Source of the DNA: Thermoplasmata archaeon
GTDB lineage: Archaea; Thermoplasmatota; Thermoplasmata; RBG-16-68-12; JAFNFQ01
Reading direction: 5' to 3'
Assembly: GCA_041489255.1 (NCBI GenBank)
Contig: JBGPQV010000002.1
Span: 191,442-255,441, forward strand
DNA: 64,000 bases
Position numbers and translations under genes: made by a program. A model generated the notes under the pieces. That model was given only the letters and a program-made list of their open reading frames with translations, had not been told where the DNA came from and made no database searches. Positions 16,790 through 27,700 of the stretch are shown here, piece after piece; the first letter of the stretch is position 1, and each line of letters begins with the position of its first letter.

Positions 16790-17776
16790 TTACTGTGTCT
16801 TCTGCTCGGTCTGTTGCGCCGGCCCCTGCTTCCCCGGTTCAGGCGGCGGGACCGGCTGCTGCGGCACGACCGGTTGCGCGGGTGCGTATGGCGGGTACAT
16901 GGGATATCCGGGCATCATCGGCACCACCTGCACAGGTATCCAGACAACCGGCGATGCCTGCGATGCCGGCGGACGCGTTGGCTTGAGCTGTCCTCCTTTG
17001 ATCCGCGTCGATACGTTCTGATACAGCAGGAGGAAGATGATGAAGGTCACGAGGCCAAAAGCCCCGGCCATGAGCGTCGGCCAGCCCGTCGACGTGGTTA
17101 GATATGAGCTGGAATAGCTGTCGGTGAGCCTGTCGATGATACTTGGCAGCTGCAAGAACGCGAACGCGGACACGATCCCCGGAGTGGCGGTCCCGAGCCC
17201 TGCCGCGAGATAGAGATGCCGATCGTATTTCTGGTCCACGAGCCCTTGCACAGGAAGGACGATCGCCATTGCAGTGAAAGCAGCCACAAGAGTGCCCATC
17301 ACGGCTCCAGCTGCGACGATACTATAGTAAGTCCCGGGGTCCGGATGACCGTAGTAGAAGAAGGAGGTCTGGAACTGGAGGGCCAGCGTGATGATTGAAC
17401 CCACGACGGTGGTTACGATAGCTGCGATTATCAGACCCATCGCGACATTGACGTGCCGCGCATGGTTTGGGCTGAATTCATTCCGACCGCCATAGAGGTA
17501 GCCGAACCCGACAAGATAGAAGACCAAGACCAGGATTTCAAGGATTATGGTGATGGCGGTGTAGGCTAACACCATGATCATGGCGGAATAGTTGTAGTAC
17601 GAACTCGTTGCCAAGCTATCGAGATTGACCGCACCCCAGACACCGTACACAATCTGCGAAATCAGCACTCCAAGGTAGATGGCGAATGCGATCGTGCACC
17701 ACCGAATACCCTTCGGCGAGTTAGGTTCTTTCTGGAACGGAGCGCCAATCGGACCGTACATCGGATAAGTCTGCAT
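16790..17776 (-). CDS. Multi-pass membrane protein with Pro/Gln-rich tail
   Basis: About six hydrophobic helices and PxxP-rich C-terminus; start set at MQTYPM to avoid overlapping the divergent gene. Confidence 0.75.
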   Translation of the reverse strand: MQTYPMYGPIGAPFQKEPNSPKGIRWCTIAFAIYLGVLISQIVYGVWGAVNLDSLATSSYYNYSAMIMVLAYTAITIILEILVLVFYLVGFGYLYGGRNEFSPNHARHVNVAMGLIIAAIVTTVVGSIITLALQFQTSFFYYGHPDPGTYYSIVAAGAVMGTLVAAFTAMAIVLPVQGLVDQKYDRHLYLAAGLGTATPGIVSAFAFLQLPSIIDRLTDSYSSSYLTTSTGWPTLMAGAFGLVTFIIFLLLYQNVSTRIKGGQLKPTRPPASQASPVVWIPVQVVPMMPGYPMYPPYAPAQPVVPQQPVPPPEPGKQGPAQQTEQKTQ

Positions 17777-17900
17777 CTGCAACCCAGCCTTGCTCTTCAT
17801 CGTTCCCCGGATATATAACGGTGACGAGGACATGTCGACGCAGGGATTGCACAGGTTAATCAAACTCGGTTCGGTAGTCAAGGTCGAGGTCGCGTTCCAA

Positions 17901-18629
17901 ATGAAGATTGCAGGCGCGATGGACTTGACGGGGATGGCGGATCTTGACCGTGCGGTGGAGACGTTCAAGCGTGTGGCGGTGAAGTACAATGCACTGGGCG
18001 TCGACGTATCGCGGCCAATTGTGTTGGTTGTCGAGAACCTGCCCATCATGGGAGCGACTGAGCCTGCAGGCGATGCGTTCCGCCTCCACATAGGCATTCA
18101 GGCCATGTCGTCCGGGATGCTTGACGGGCTCATCGCGCATGAAGTGGGACACATGTATCGGATCCAGCAAGGACATCCTTCGCATTCTGCCGATGTGCAC
18201 GGGCGTTTACTGAGCACCGTCGGCGTCCGAGGGAAGGGGGGAAGGGAGTTCCTCGGGGTCGCGCGCCTCGCGCTCAACCACGTCGAAGACATCTATGCGG
18301 ATGACCTGGCGTTCGACGTGATCGGAAGCGAAAGAGCCCGAATGTTCTTCACGGACTGGATCCGCCGTTCTACCGTGAGTCGTGGCAAGCGATGGGAGAC
18401 TGTCGCGAACGAGGTCACGGTGGCGTTCGGCCTCGGAAACATGGAGCGACATGGAGTCCAACCGGAGGATATAGTCTTGCGGGAGACGCGGGAATTCTCC
18501 GGAAGAGCCGGGCTCAACCTTCTTCCGAAGCTTGTGGCCGCCTACCGGGACCTGCCGAAGACCGGCGATGTTGAGACCGCGATCCGAGAACTGCTCATCG
18601 ATGTCAGGGACGAAGGCGCTGGTCGATAG
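17901..18629 (+). CDS. HEXXH zincin-like protein (DUF5781-like archaeal family)
   Basis: LIAHEVGHMYR..HPSH and NHVEDIYADD; exact start uncertain. Confidence 0.7.
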   Translation: MKIAGAMDLTGMADLDRAVETFKRVAVKYNALGVDVSRPIVLVVENLPIMGATEPAGDAFRLHIGIQAMSSGMLDGLIAHEVGHMYRIQQGHPSHSADVHGRLLSTVGVRGKGGREFLGVARLALNHVEDIYADDLAFDVIGSERARMFFTDWIRRSTVSRGKRWETVANEVTVAFGLGNMERHGVQPEDIVLRETREFSGRAGLNLLPKLVAAYRDLPKTGDVETAIRELLIDVRDEGAGR

Positions 18630-18715
18630 GATCCAGCTCGAGGAATTCCCTGCCCCTCCGTGCCATCCACATCACAGTCGCACTGCCCCAGATCCTCATT
18701 CAAGAAAAATACGGA

Positions 18716-18800
18716 TGCGTGGGCCAGGATTTGAACCTGGGAACCCCTTCAGGACCAGCACCTCAAGCTGGCGCCTTTGACCATGCTTGGCAACCCACGC
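18716..18800 (-). tRNA. tRNA-Leu(GAG)
   Basis: GCGTGGG acceptor, anticodon arm CCAGC-TTGAGGT-GCTGG, long variable arm, GGTTCAAATCC T-arm, discriminator A. Confidence 0.95.
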
Positions 18801-18809
18801 ATCTTGCGA

Positions 18810-18927
18810 CGCTGAGGGGGAGATCCCCGCCCCGCCGCAGAGCGCGACGGGGATTCGAACTCCCGTGGGCCGTGTGACCCACCAGATCTCAAGTCTGGCG
18901 CGTTGGGCCTGGCTTCGCTACCTCAGC
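18810..18927 (-). tRNA. tRNA-Ser(TGA) with 30-nt intron at position 59/60 (intron 18824..18853)
   Basis: GCTGAGG/CCTCAGC acceptor, CCAGA-CTTGAGA-TCTGG anticodon arm, long variable arm; T-arm GGGAG-TTCGAAT-CTCCC is restored only after removing a BHB-flanked insert. Confidence 0.92.
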
Positions 18928-18950
18928 GCGAGTCATCAAGACCAAGGGTG

Positions 18951-18960
18951 TAATTTAACT
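18951..18960 (-). promoter_or_regulatory. TATA-like box of the tRNA-Ser/tRNA-Leu dicistron
   Basis: AGTTAAATTA about 25-30 nt upstream of tRNA-Ser; the two tRNAs are 9 nt apart. Confidence 0.55.
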
Positions 18961-19002
18961 TTGCCTCGCAGAGCACAAGCGCTGCGATGGTGCGAGGCCG
19001 GC

Positions 19003-20628
19003 TCATTTCGTCTCTTTCAGAACCGCCGCATTCAGCTCGAATGCCGCCACGGGATGGCCGAGACTGTGGGCTTCTAGGACAGCCGGCGCAATCTCGCCGA
19101 AGAGCCCCGCATTCCTCCCCGAAACCATCACCGCCGCACATCGGCCGGGGATGAAGTTCGGGTCGCTCGACGTTTCCAGATCGAATTCGCGGCCGAGGTC
19201 ACGCATGATGCTCTGCACGAGAGACTTGACCTCGGTGAACGAAGCCTTTGCATGAATCGATGCTCCCGCCAAGTGCCTTTCGTTCATCGCCCCCGCCAGG
19301 ACGTCCTCGACCTCGAATACGCGCTGCGGCAGATCGCGATGGGTGTTCATCGTCAAGATTCTCAGCAAAGATGGCAGCAGCGAACTCCTGAGCCCGCTCA
19401 ATTCCGACGAGACGGGGTTGAGGATTCTCGGTCCGTCGGCGCCGCCCTTGAACGGCGTCTGCGGATCAACCATCGACAGCGACATGATTTCCTGATAGCC
19501 GTAGCCGATCATCATCTCCCTGAGCGTCTGCGAGAACAGAGTGATGCGCGCGGGCGCGCCAACGGTCGATTCGCGCGGCAGCCTGAGGGGAATCCGGTCA
19601 TAGCCATGGCCCACCCCGATGTCCTCGATCAGGTCGACCTCGTGAAGCATGTCGACCCGGTAGGCGGGGATCTGCGCCTCTATCGAATCCCCCGTCACCC
19701 TGGCTCCGAACCGCATCTTCTCAAGGCAGCCCGCCGCCTCTTGCGGCGTGATCGACAGACCCAGAAGCCTATTTGCGCTGGCGGTGCTGACGTTCCTAAC
19801 CTTCGCGGCGAGGTCCGGCGTCCTCATCTGCCGGCCGGGCAGCTCGAGCACGATCGATTCGATCCTGCCTCCCCTCTCGGAGAGCGATGTGGATATGATA
19901 TTCAACGCGGAGCTGACCGCCCCGAACTCGAGACCGGTGACGTCTATGAACAGGTTCCGCGTGTCCTCCGTCAGCGCAGTGGCCGTGCCGTTGATTATTG
20001 GCGGGAAGGATAGGACAGCGCCTTTTGCATCCTCGATGATCGGATAGAGAGCTTTGCCCTCCAGGATGTGACCGAACTCTCTGCCCTTCTCGTGCCTCTC
20101 GAGGATTTCGAGCAGGGTCAATTCGTCCGCTAGGCCCAGCGGGGTGAACCTGACGCTGTCAGGCTTCACGGCCCTGAACTTGAAAGGGGGCGTCACCTTG
20201 TCAACGTCGTGAATCCCGATCGCGACCTTCTTCCGCCTGCGGCCAATCGTCATGTGCAGCTTCTCTTGAAGGTCCATCAGAGACTTCACAAGTACGTCCG
20301 TCATCTCGACGCCGCGCACGAGCCCGCCAACGGCGTGCGGCCGGACCGCCTCGACGCTCTTCTCGATGATGAATCGCATGTCCGACTCATGCACATCGAA
20401 CCGGGGCAGTCCCTTTTCGATATCAAGAACGCCCCTGAGCGCCCGCACAAGCCCCTCGACCGAATACATGTCAGGGCGATTCGGGGATATATCGAAACTC
20501 AGCTTCTCTCCTTCGATTCCTTCGTCGGCACCGCCAATCATCGACGTCTTCGCCCTGATCTCGTCGATCGAGAACCTCTTCCCAAGCAGGTCGATGATGT
20601 CCGAATACTCGAAGGATACCACTGTCAT
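19003..20628 (-). CDS. pheT: Phenylalanine--tRNA ligase beta subunit (archaeal type)
   Basis: PNRPDMYSVEG, DLQEKLH..IGRRRKKVAIGIHD, SFPPIING, RVDMLHEVDLIED. Confidence 0.95.
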   Translation of the reverse strand: MTVVSFEYSDIIDLLGKRFSIDEIRAKTSMIGGADEGIEGEKLSFDISPNRPDMYSVEGLVRALRGVLDIEKGLPRFDVHESDMRFIIEKSVEAVRPHAVGGLVRGVEMTDVLVKSLMDLQEKLHMTIGRRRKKVAIGIHDVDKVTPPFKFRAVKPDSVRFTPLGLADELTLLEILERHEKGREFGHILEGKALYPIIEDAKGAVLSFPPIINGTATALTEDTRNLFIDVTGLEFGAVSSALNIISTSLSERGGRIESIVLELPGRQMRTPDLAAKVRNVSTASANRLLGLSITPQEAAGCLEKMRFGARVTGDSIEAQIPAYRVDMLHEVDLIEDIGVGHGYDRIPLRLPRESTVGAPARITLFSQTLREMMIGYGYQEIMSLSMVDPQTPFKGGADGPRILNPVSSELSGLRSSLLPSLLRILTMNTHRDLPQRVFEVEDVLAGAMNERHLAGASIHAKASFTEVKSLVQSIMRDLGREFDLETSSDPNFIPGRCAAVMVSGRNAGLFGEIAPAVLEAHSLGHPVAAFELNAAVLKETK

Positions 20629-20785
20629 TATCGGCGGGTGAGCATGGCCGGACGGTATAAGAAAGTGCTTGTGGATTCCGGACAAGGGCCGATAGTATGG
20701 AGGTGTCGGGGGAGGCGATATCTTTACATGTAAAGAGAGCGGATATAGGTCGGGATAGCCGTCTCGGTTCAGGTGGCGAATCGCG

Positions 20786-22708
20786 ATGAAAGACATGTGG
20801 AAGGCGGGCATCGTCGTCATAGTGTGCTTGTCGATCGTTTTCGAGTTGAGCCCTCTGATCTTGCTCAGGAATGGTTCTGATACTTCGGGGCAGAACCCGC
20901 CGAATGGTCAGGATCCTCCGGTGGTTCCCAATTTCGAACCGACCCAAGACTGCCAACAGTACACGGCGTTCACGTCTAGGTCGGAGATCGAGCAGCGGGT
21001 GACTGCCGATTGGAATGATCCGTCGAATCCTGCCGGGGGCGGCGGAATCGGCTGGTTTGGAGGACCCACGCTCGGATCGCCGCAGACCGATTCGTCCCAG
21101 ATCGGGCTTGCGGGCGACAGTCCCACTCGAGACTATTCCGAGACCAACACGCAGGTGGCGAACGTCGATGAACAGGATATCGTCAAGACGGACGGTACCT
21201 ACATCTACACGATTTCTGAATCCGAAGTGGTCATCTTGAGGGCGTATCCGACCGACCAGGCGGGTATCGTTTCCCGAATCCAGTTCGACGCGTGGCCGTT
21301 AGGTCTTTTCATCGACAATGACAGGCTCGTCGTGATCGGGGGCTATTCCTACGACAACTATTGGGACGGCTACAACCGCTCATATGACAGCTCCGACACA
21401 CACGTGTCTCTCTACAACATCGCCGACCGCGCGAACCCGGTCGCCGTGCAGGAATATGCGATAAGTGGCACTTTTGCCGGAGCACGCATGGTCGATGGTT
21501 TCGTCTACGTGATCACCACGGATTTCCTCTACGACTACGGGCAGGGCGTCTCGCTCCCCGCCATCACCGTCGGACCTCAGACCGAGGAGCTGCCGCCGGC
21601 CCAGATCGGCTACTTCGAGAACGAGACCTACGGCAATGCGGTGACCCTCATTCTTGCGATCAACGCTGCTGGCGATGGCTCTTACTCGGCCGCAGGGTAC
21701 CTGACCGGGGGCTTCGGCGTTCTGTACGTTTCGTACGACCACATGTACATCGCCGTAACTTCCTATGAATACCTCAACGATGAAGGATACTACGAAATGC
21801 TGGAGAAGACCGCGATCCACAAGATTGCGTTCGAGGAGCTCGACACGAACTATGTCTGCACCGGCGAGGTTCCTGGCCGCCTGCTGAACCAGTTCTCAAT
21901 GGACGAGTACGCCAGCAATCTGCGCGTCGCGACAACAACAGGCCAGATGGGGTGGGGAGCCGGCAACCCCAGTAACAACATATATGTCCTCGACTCCGAG
22001 ATGGCGCTCCTCGGCAAGCTGGAGGGCCTCGCACCTGGAGAACAGATATACTCCAGCCGGTTCTTCGGCGAACGCGCCTACCTCGTGACCTACATGAGAA
22101 TCGATCCCTTCTTCGTGATCGACCTCTCCGATGCGGCGAATCCAAAGCTCGTGGGATCACTCGAGGTTCCGGGCTTCTCCGACTACCTTCACCCCTATGG
22201 CGACGACCACGTGATCGGCATAGGTCAAGACACACTGGTTGACCCGAGTGGCGGCTTCAGCTGGTTCCAGGGGCTCAAGCTGTCCCTGTTCGACGTCACG
22301 GATGTCGGGAACCCGGTGGAGGAGGACAAGATCGTGATTGGCGACAGGGGGACTACCTCTGAAGCCCAGGATGATCACAGAGCGTTCATGTTCGACGAGG
22401 AGCGCGGAATCCTGGCGTTCCCGGTCAACCTCTATCAGGATGAGAGCAACCCGGACCCCAACGGCTGGAATTGGACATATGGCAGCTATGTCTGGCAGGG
22501 GGTCTGTGTGTACCAAGTCTCCCTGGATGGCGGGTTCCAGTACATCGGCCGGGTGACGCACGGATCTGACGGACAGCCCTACTACTACGATACGTTGTAT
22601 GTTCGCAGGTCGCTGTACATCGATGACGTGCTCTATACGATTTCGACCGGCATGGTCAAGATGAATGCGCTCAGCGACCTTGCCGAGATCGGCAGCATCG
22701 AACTGTGA
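20786..22708 (+). CDS. Secreted beta-propeller domain protein (Beta_propel-like)
   Basis: N-terminal anchor; YSETNTQVANVDEQDIVKTDG, LLNQFSMDEY, GEQIYSSRF, PGFSDYLHP. Confidence 0.88.
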   Translation: MKDMWKAGIVVIVCLSIVFELSPLILLRNGSDTSGQNPPNGQDPPVVPNFEPTQDCQQYTAFTSRSEIEQRVTADWNDPSNPAGGGGIGWFGGPTLGSPQTDSSQIGLAGDSPTRDYSETNTQVANVDEQDIVKTDGTYIYTISESEVVILRAYPTDQAGIVSRIQFDAWPLGLFIDNDRLVVIGGYSYDNYWDGYNRSYDSSDTHVSLYNIADRANPVAVQEYAISGTFAGARMVDGFVYVITTDFLYDYGQGVSLPAITVGPQTEELPPAQIGYFENETYGNAVTLILAINAAGDGSYSAAGYLTGGFGVLYVSYDHMYIAVTSYEYLNDEGYYEMLEKTAIHKIAFEELDTNYVCTGEVPGRLLNQFSMDEYASNLRVATTTGQMGWGAGNPSNNIYVLDSEMALLGKLEGLAPGEQIYSSRFFGERAYLVTYMRIDPFFVIDLSDAANPKLVGSLEVPGFSDYLHPYGDDHVIGIGQDTLVDPSGGFSWFQGLKLSLFDVTDVGNPVEEDKIVIGDRGTTSEAQDDHRAFMFDEERGILAFPVNLYQDESNPDPNGWNWTYGSYVWQGVCVYQVSLDGGFQYIGRVTHGSDGQPYYYDTLYVRRSLYIDDVLYTISTGMVKMNALSDLAEIGSIEL

Positions 22709-22717
22709 GACGAAAAG

Positions 22718-22822
22718 TGGGCCCGGCCAGATTCGGACTGGCGACCTCCCGGTTTCAGAGAGCCCCCTTTCTCCAGAGGATCCTATCAGCCGGGCGCTCC
22801 AACCATGCTAAGCTACGGGCCC
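22718..22822 (-). tRNA. tRNA-Ile(GAT) with canonical 30-nt intron at 37/38 (intron 22754..22783)
   Basis: GGGCCCG acceptor, CCCGG-CTGATA[intron]A-CCGGG, discriminator A; TTTAAG box about 28 nt upstream. Confidence 0.92.
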
Positions 22823-22977
22823 GTGAACACCACGTAAGTTAGGAATCCACTTAAACGTTATTCCGAGGTCCCGCGGACCTCCCGCCACCTGGCCAGCATC
22901 GCCAACCCGTCCCAGCCCCAATAACCACAGGGAAAGCTTTTTATCGATAGCGCGGAATTCTGAAGTCCAGTGGAAGA

Positions 22978-23493
22978 ATGGAGGTCCTCGAGGCTGCCAA
23001 AGCCGTACGGAGCGTGAGCAAGTTCTTGCCAACGCCCGTGCCCGAGCAGAAGGTCCAGACCGTCATGAACGCCGCAAGGCTGGCAATGTCGGTGGACAAC
23101 CTCCAGCCGTGGAAGTTCATCGTCGTGAACGACGAGGAGCTCAAGAGACGGCTGGCTGGTGCATGCACGAACGGCCGGACGATGGCGGACGCGCCACTGC
23201 TCATAGTGGCTTGCGCTCGCATGGACGAGGCGGTGAGCATGGTCGGCGGGTACATGAACTCGTTCCCGCTCGACCTCGGCGTGGCCATCGGCCACCTCAC
23301 CATGGCAGCGACAGGCGAGGGGTTAGGGACCTCCTGGACTTTCGCCTTTAATGAGGACAAGGTGAAAGCCATCCTAGGCATTCCTCCGGATGCCAAGGTG
23401 CTAGGGTTGACGCCTCTGGGATTCCCGGAAGAGCTTCCACCGCCCGCCGGCAGGAAACACCTGTCGGAGATCCTCAGCTACAACAAGTATTGA
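22978..23493 (+). CDS. Nitroreductase family protein
   Basis: RSVSKF, NLQPWKFIVV, ATGEGLGTSW, LTPLGFP. Confidence 0.9.
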   Translation: MEVLEAAKAVRSVSKFLPTPVPEQKVQTVMNAARLAMSVDNLQPWKFIVVNDEELKRRLAGACTNGRTMADAPLLIVACARMDEAVSMVGGYMNSFPLDLGVAIGHLTMAATGEGLGTSWTFAFNEDKVKAILGIPPDAKVLGLTPLGFPEELPPPAGRKHLSEILSYNKY

Positions 23494-23529
23494 AAGCTCC
23501 CGAGCTAGGAGCCCCAGAGGAAAGAAAGC

Positions 23530-24756
23530 ATGGCCCTCCGAGCCATCACCCCGAGCCAAGAAGCGTACTGCTCCAAGTGCCACGTTAAGCTCTCCCTCGA
23601 GGAGACGCGCTGCCCTGGCTGCGGCGAGGATTTCACCGGCGTGATCGACGCGGGCCTCTGCGGCGAATGTCAGGCCGTCGTGACCATGGACTCCGATAAA
23701 TGCCACAAATGCGGGGCTGTGTTCAAACCGGTGAAGACCCAGGGCGGCCTCAACGAGACTGAGTACCTGCGCAGGATGCTGCAATGGCGGGGACTTCAGG
23801 CTCAGAAGTTGAATGGCATCACCCCTCCGCCCACGCTGGATCCCGCGGTTATGATGGCGGCTACCGCCAGTTCCCCGCTCGGCCCGCAACCGGTTAATGT
23901 GCTCTACCAGCTAGCAGAGCCGCTGGAGAAGGTGCTCAAACTCCGAAGGAAGCGACTTGAACAGATGGACGAGCTCATAGCTGAGGCGAAGCAGCGCATC
24001 GATGAACTCGGAGAGACCAGCGACCCCATCAATCAGAAGGAGAAAACGAGGCTCAAACGCTGGATCGATGAGACACAGATGGAGCGCGAGAATCTGGCTA
24101 CCATCGAAAACAGCATGATTGAGATGGAGAAGGTCTACAAGAACCTCCTAGCATTGCAGCAAGTGGAGATGCAGACAAAGGAGGAGAGCATCAGGATGCG
24201 ACTCGATTCGGTCGGAGCCGAACTCGAGCACATGGAGAAGGAGAAACTCACGATTCAGGAGAGGGAGACCGAAATCAAGAGGAGGGAGGACGAGCTCCGC
24301 AAGATTCTCGAACGGATAGACGAGAAAGAGAAAGAGCTGTCATCCCTGGAACGGCTCCTGACAGGCAGGGTCAAGGAATCGGAGGAACACAAGAAGAGGC
24401 TTGACGACGCCGAGAAGCAACTCGAGAAAGACAAGTGGATGGCGGCCCAGAGGCAGCTGCAGTCGCAACTCATCGCGATGAAGACCGGGAATGCTGGCGG
24501 TGAGTCTGGCGAGAGACCGGGCGAGCGAGACGAGAGACTCAGCCAAATCGAGGAGCGAATCAATAGGCTCACCAAGGAGAAGGACGAGATGCTCCAGGAG
24601 AAAGAAGAGACGAACAAGCTCCTCTCTGAAATAAACCGGCTCCTGAAAGTCCTGGACGACCTCCTCGGACAGCTGCCCAAGAGTGTGATCAGTAAGTTCG
24701 CGAACAGCGAGGACTACAAGCTTTACGAGACAGTCCTCCAGAAGTGCGGGGTGTGA
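23530..24756 (+). CDS. Double zinc-ribbon plus coiled-coil protein
   Basis: Four CxxC motifs at the N-terminus, E/K-rich heptads, helical C-terminal domain. Confidence 0.8.
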   Translation: MALRAITPSQEAYCSKCHVKLSLEETRCPGCGEDFTGVIDAGLCGECQAVVTMDSDKCHKCGAVFKPVKTQGGLNETEYLRRMLQWRGLQAQKLNGITPPPTLDPAVMMAATASSPLGPQPVNVLYQLAEPLEKVLKLRRKRLEQMDELIAEAKQRIDELGETSDPINQKEKTRLKRWIDETQMERENLATIENSMIEMEKVYKNLLALQQVEMQTKEESIRMRLDSVGAELEHMEKEKLTIQERETEIKRREDELRKILERIDEKEKELSSLERLLTGRVKESEEHKKRLDDAEKQLEKDKWMAAQRQLQSQLIAMKTGNAGGESGERPGERDERLSQIEERINRLTKEKDEMLQEKEETNKLLSEINRLLKVLDDLLGQLPKSVISKFANSEDYKLYETVLQKCGV

Positions 24757-27700
24757 TTCCCACGGGTCTGAGGGACAAAGCCAGGGAATTGGCAGGAAAT
24801 GAGGAGACGGAGGAGCAGAAGGCTGCCGTCCCGCCGACCGCCGACGATGTCTCAATTTCCGAACCCGACACGGTCACCGTGCCGCGCTCACAGCTCCAGA
24901 AGCTCGAAACCGGTTTAAGGGAGCTAGAGCAGAAGCTCAAGGACTCTCAGAAGGAAGCGAAAGATAGAGCCGAGCATCTAGGGCGAGAGTTGAAGCGAGC
25001 GGGGGAAACCCTGAACGCGAGAGAGAGCGAACTAGCTGACATGGGTGAGATGGTCGCCGAGCTGGAGAGAACCGGCAAAGAGCTGGCCAAGGAGAAGAAG
25101 GAGCTCGAAGCCAGACTAGCGCAAGAAGGCGAGACTGGCAAGAAGACGTCAAGGCTGAAGAAGGAGCTTGATGACACCAACGCATTGCTGAGGAAGAAAG
25201 AGGATGAGCTCTCGGACTTGCGCCAGGAACTTGACAGTCTGACGGGGGAAGTCGAAGCTTTCAGGATGGCCAGAGCCCTCACGGAGGACAGATTCAAGAA
25301 GGATCTGCAGCAGGTCAAGAGCAAGCTGGAGAACGCGGAGACACGAGGCCTCGAAATGAAAAAGGAGGCCGAGCTCGCAAAGACGCGAGAGGAATCCGCG
25401 AACGAGATATTGGAGGAAAAAGACAGACTCCTCAGGGCGGATCAGGAAAACCTTGAGAGGGAGAAGAAAGAGAACGCCGGCCTCAAAGAGATGCTGAGGC
25501 AGAATAGAGAGTCTGCAAAGTCGAGGGAGAAGGAGCTCAACGACAGCATGTCGGGACTAATGGCCGAGCTCGCGGAGAGAAGGGGGGAGACGGAGAACCT
25601 CAGACTGCAGATCGACAAGTCCGGGGACATTTCGACCCGCGAGAAGCGCTTGCGCGACGAGGCGAATCGACTCGATTCGAAGGCGAAGGAACTGGGCGCC
25701 AAGGAAGCAAGTCTGAGGACGCTCGAGGAAAACCTCTCGGCAACGAAGAAGGAGCTCGAGAATGAGATCAACACGCTGGAGGATGCGAAGCGCGGAATCG
25801 AAGCATCGCGCGCGGAGCTAGAGCGTCGGGAGAGGGAAGCGAAGGCGACAGACAAGAAGCTTTCCGCCGCCAAGGATGATATCGACAAGCAACGCCTGAC
25901 CCTCGAGCAAGAATCCGCCGCGCTCAAGTCCGAGAAGATCGCCCTCGATAGCACGATAACGGAACTCGAACGGGAACGCGGCAACCTCGCTGCGCAAGAG
26001 AAGGAGCTGTCGAAGCGAGAGAAGAACCTCGCCAAGAAGCAGGGGGAACTGGACGAGAGGTTGCGCACCGCGCAGGACGAGAAGCAGGCTGTATCATCGG
26101 CAGCCAAGGCCGTCGAACGGGAGAAGGAAGAGATTACGAGCCGCAAGACGGAGATAGAAGCACTGGCGGCAGAACTGGCACGGCAAGAGGAGAACCTAGA
26201 TGCGAAGATGGAGGGACTGCAGAATGAGCGAGAGAGGAACGAGACCGCATTGCGGGAATTGGACTCACGCTACGAGGAGTTTTCACGGCGCGAACTCGCC
26301 CTGACGAAGCTCGACGCGGACCTGCAGAAGAAGAAGGCGTCGCTCGACGAACTGGGGCCGGAAATGGCGCAGGAGCGGGAGAGGCTGGATGGCGAGGGCA
26401 AGGAATTCCAGCGCAGAAGGGAGGAGCTCCTCGCGCTCGAGAGAAGCGTCTCAGAAATGCAGGCAGCATTCCAATCCAAACGCGAATCACTATCGAGGGA
26501 AGTGAAGGATCTAGAGGCCAAGAGCAAGAAAGAGGAGAAGAGGCTCTCAGCGCTCGAAGACGATATCAAGGGTCGCGAGCAGGAAGTCTCGCGCATAACC
26601 GCGGAAATCAAGGTGAAACAATCCGCACTGGAGAACCTCGAGAAAGAGCTGAAGAACAGGGAAGCCGCACTGGAACGAAAAGATCAGGAACTGCGCGAGA
26701 GAGACATGGGAGTGCAAGCTTCATTCGTGGAGACGCAGGCGGAAAAGGAGAGGCTCGAAAGCCTGAGGGTCCAGCTCGAGACAGTGAAGCGAGATCTGGA
26801 AGAACAGGAGAGGAGCGTCGCCGCCAGCGCAAGTGAACTCGCGCGAAGGACTGCTCGCGTCGAAGAGGAGGAAGCAGAATGGCGCAACCGCAAGCAGGAG
26901 CTGGATGGGGAGAGAAAGATTCTCCAAGAGCAGGAGAGGGCGCTCGCGCGGCTCAAGGCGGGGGTCGAGAAGGAGAAGGCGGTGCTGGACGCCAGGGGGA
27001 ATGCGGCCAATCAGAAAATCAAGGAAGATGCCAGGTCGGCAGAGAGACTGAAGGATCGGGAGAAGCGACTGGCCGACCTCGAAAGGGAATTGGTGGCGAA
27101 AGAGACTGTGCTCCAAGGCAGAATCAAGGAGCTTGAAGGGTTCGAAGGTCGGGTTTCCGAGAGAACTGGGGCACTTGACAGCAACCTCCGGGAGATTGGT
27201 GAAATCAGGCGCGATCTCGACCTCCGGGAACGCGATCTTGCGGCGGCGCTGGAGAGGGCTTCGGGGAGGGAGGGTACGAGCAAGGAATTGAAGATAAGGA
27301 TTCAACACGACAAGGCTGAAATCGACCGGGAACGCAATGAACTCGAGAGGATGCGGACGGCGGTGAGGAAAGAGGCCGAGGACCTCGACAAGAAGGAGAT
27401 GCGTCTCCGCCAGAGCGAGAGCCTTCTGGAAGCGAGGACCGCGGAGCTGCTCAAGATGCACAAGTCCGTAGACGAGGACCGCAAGCAGCTCAGGACAACG
27501 CAGATGAAGATGCTCCAAGAGGTCGCCAAGGCGGAGAAGGAAGCGGGCAAGAAGCAAGCGCGGGCGTTCGAAAGAATTGAGCGCGAGCGAAGGGGCGTGA
27601 GCCTGGAGAGGGAGAAGCTGGCTGAGATGCTCAAAGCGAAATCCTCGCTTCGGGATGCTGAAGGCAGGCTGAGAGACAAGGAGACGAAGTTGAAGGAAGT

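Noticed and set aside
18716-18760. att-site duplication of tRNA 3' ends bounding an island
   Set aside because: No second copy of any tRNA 3' end was seen by eye, and no integrase is in the window.
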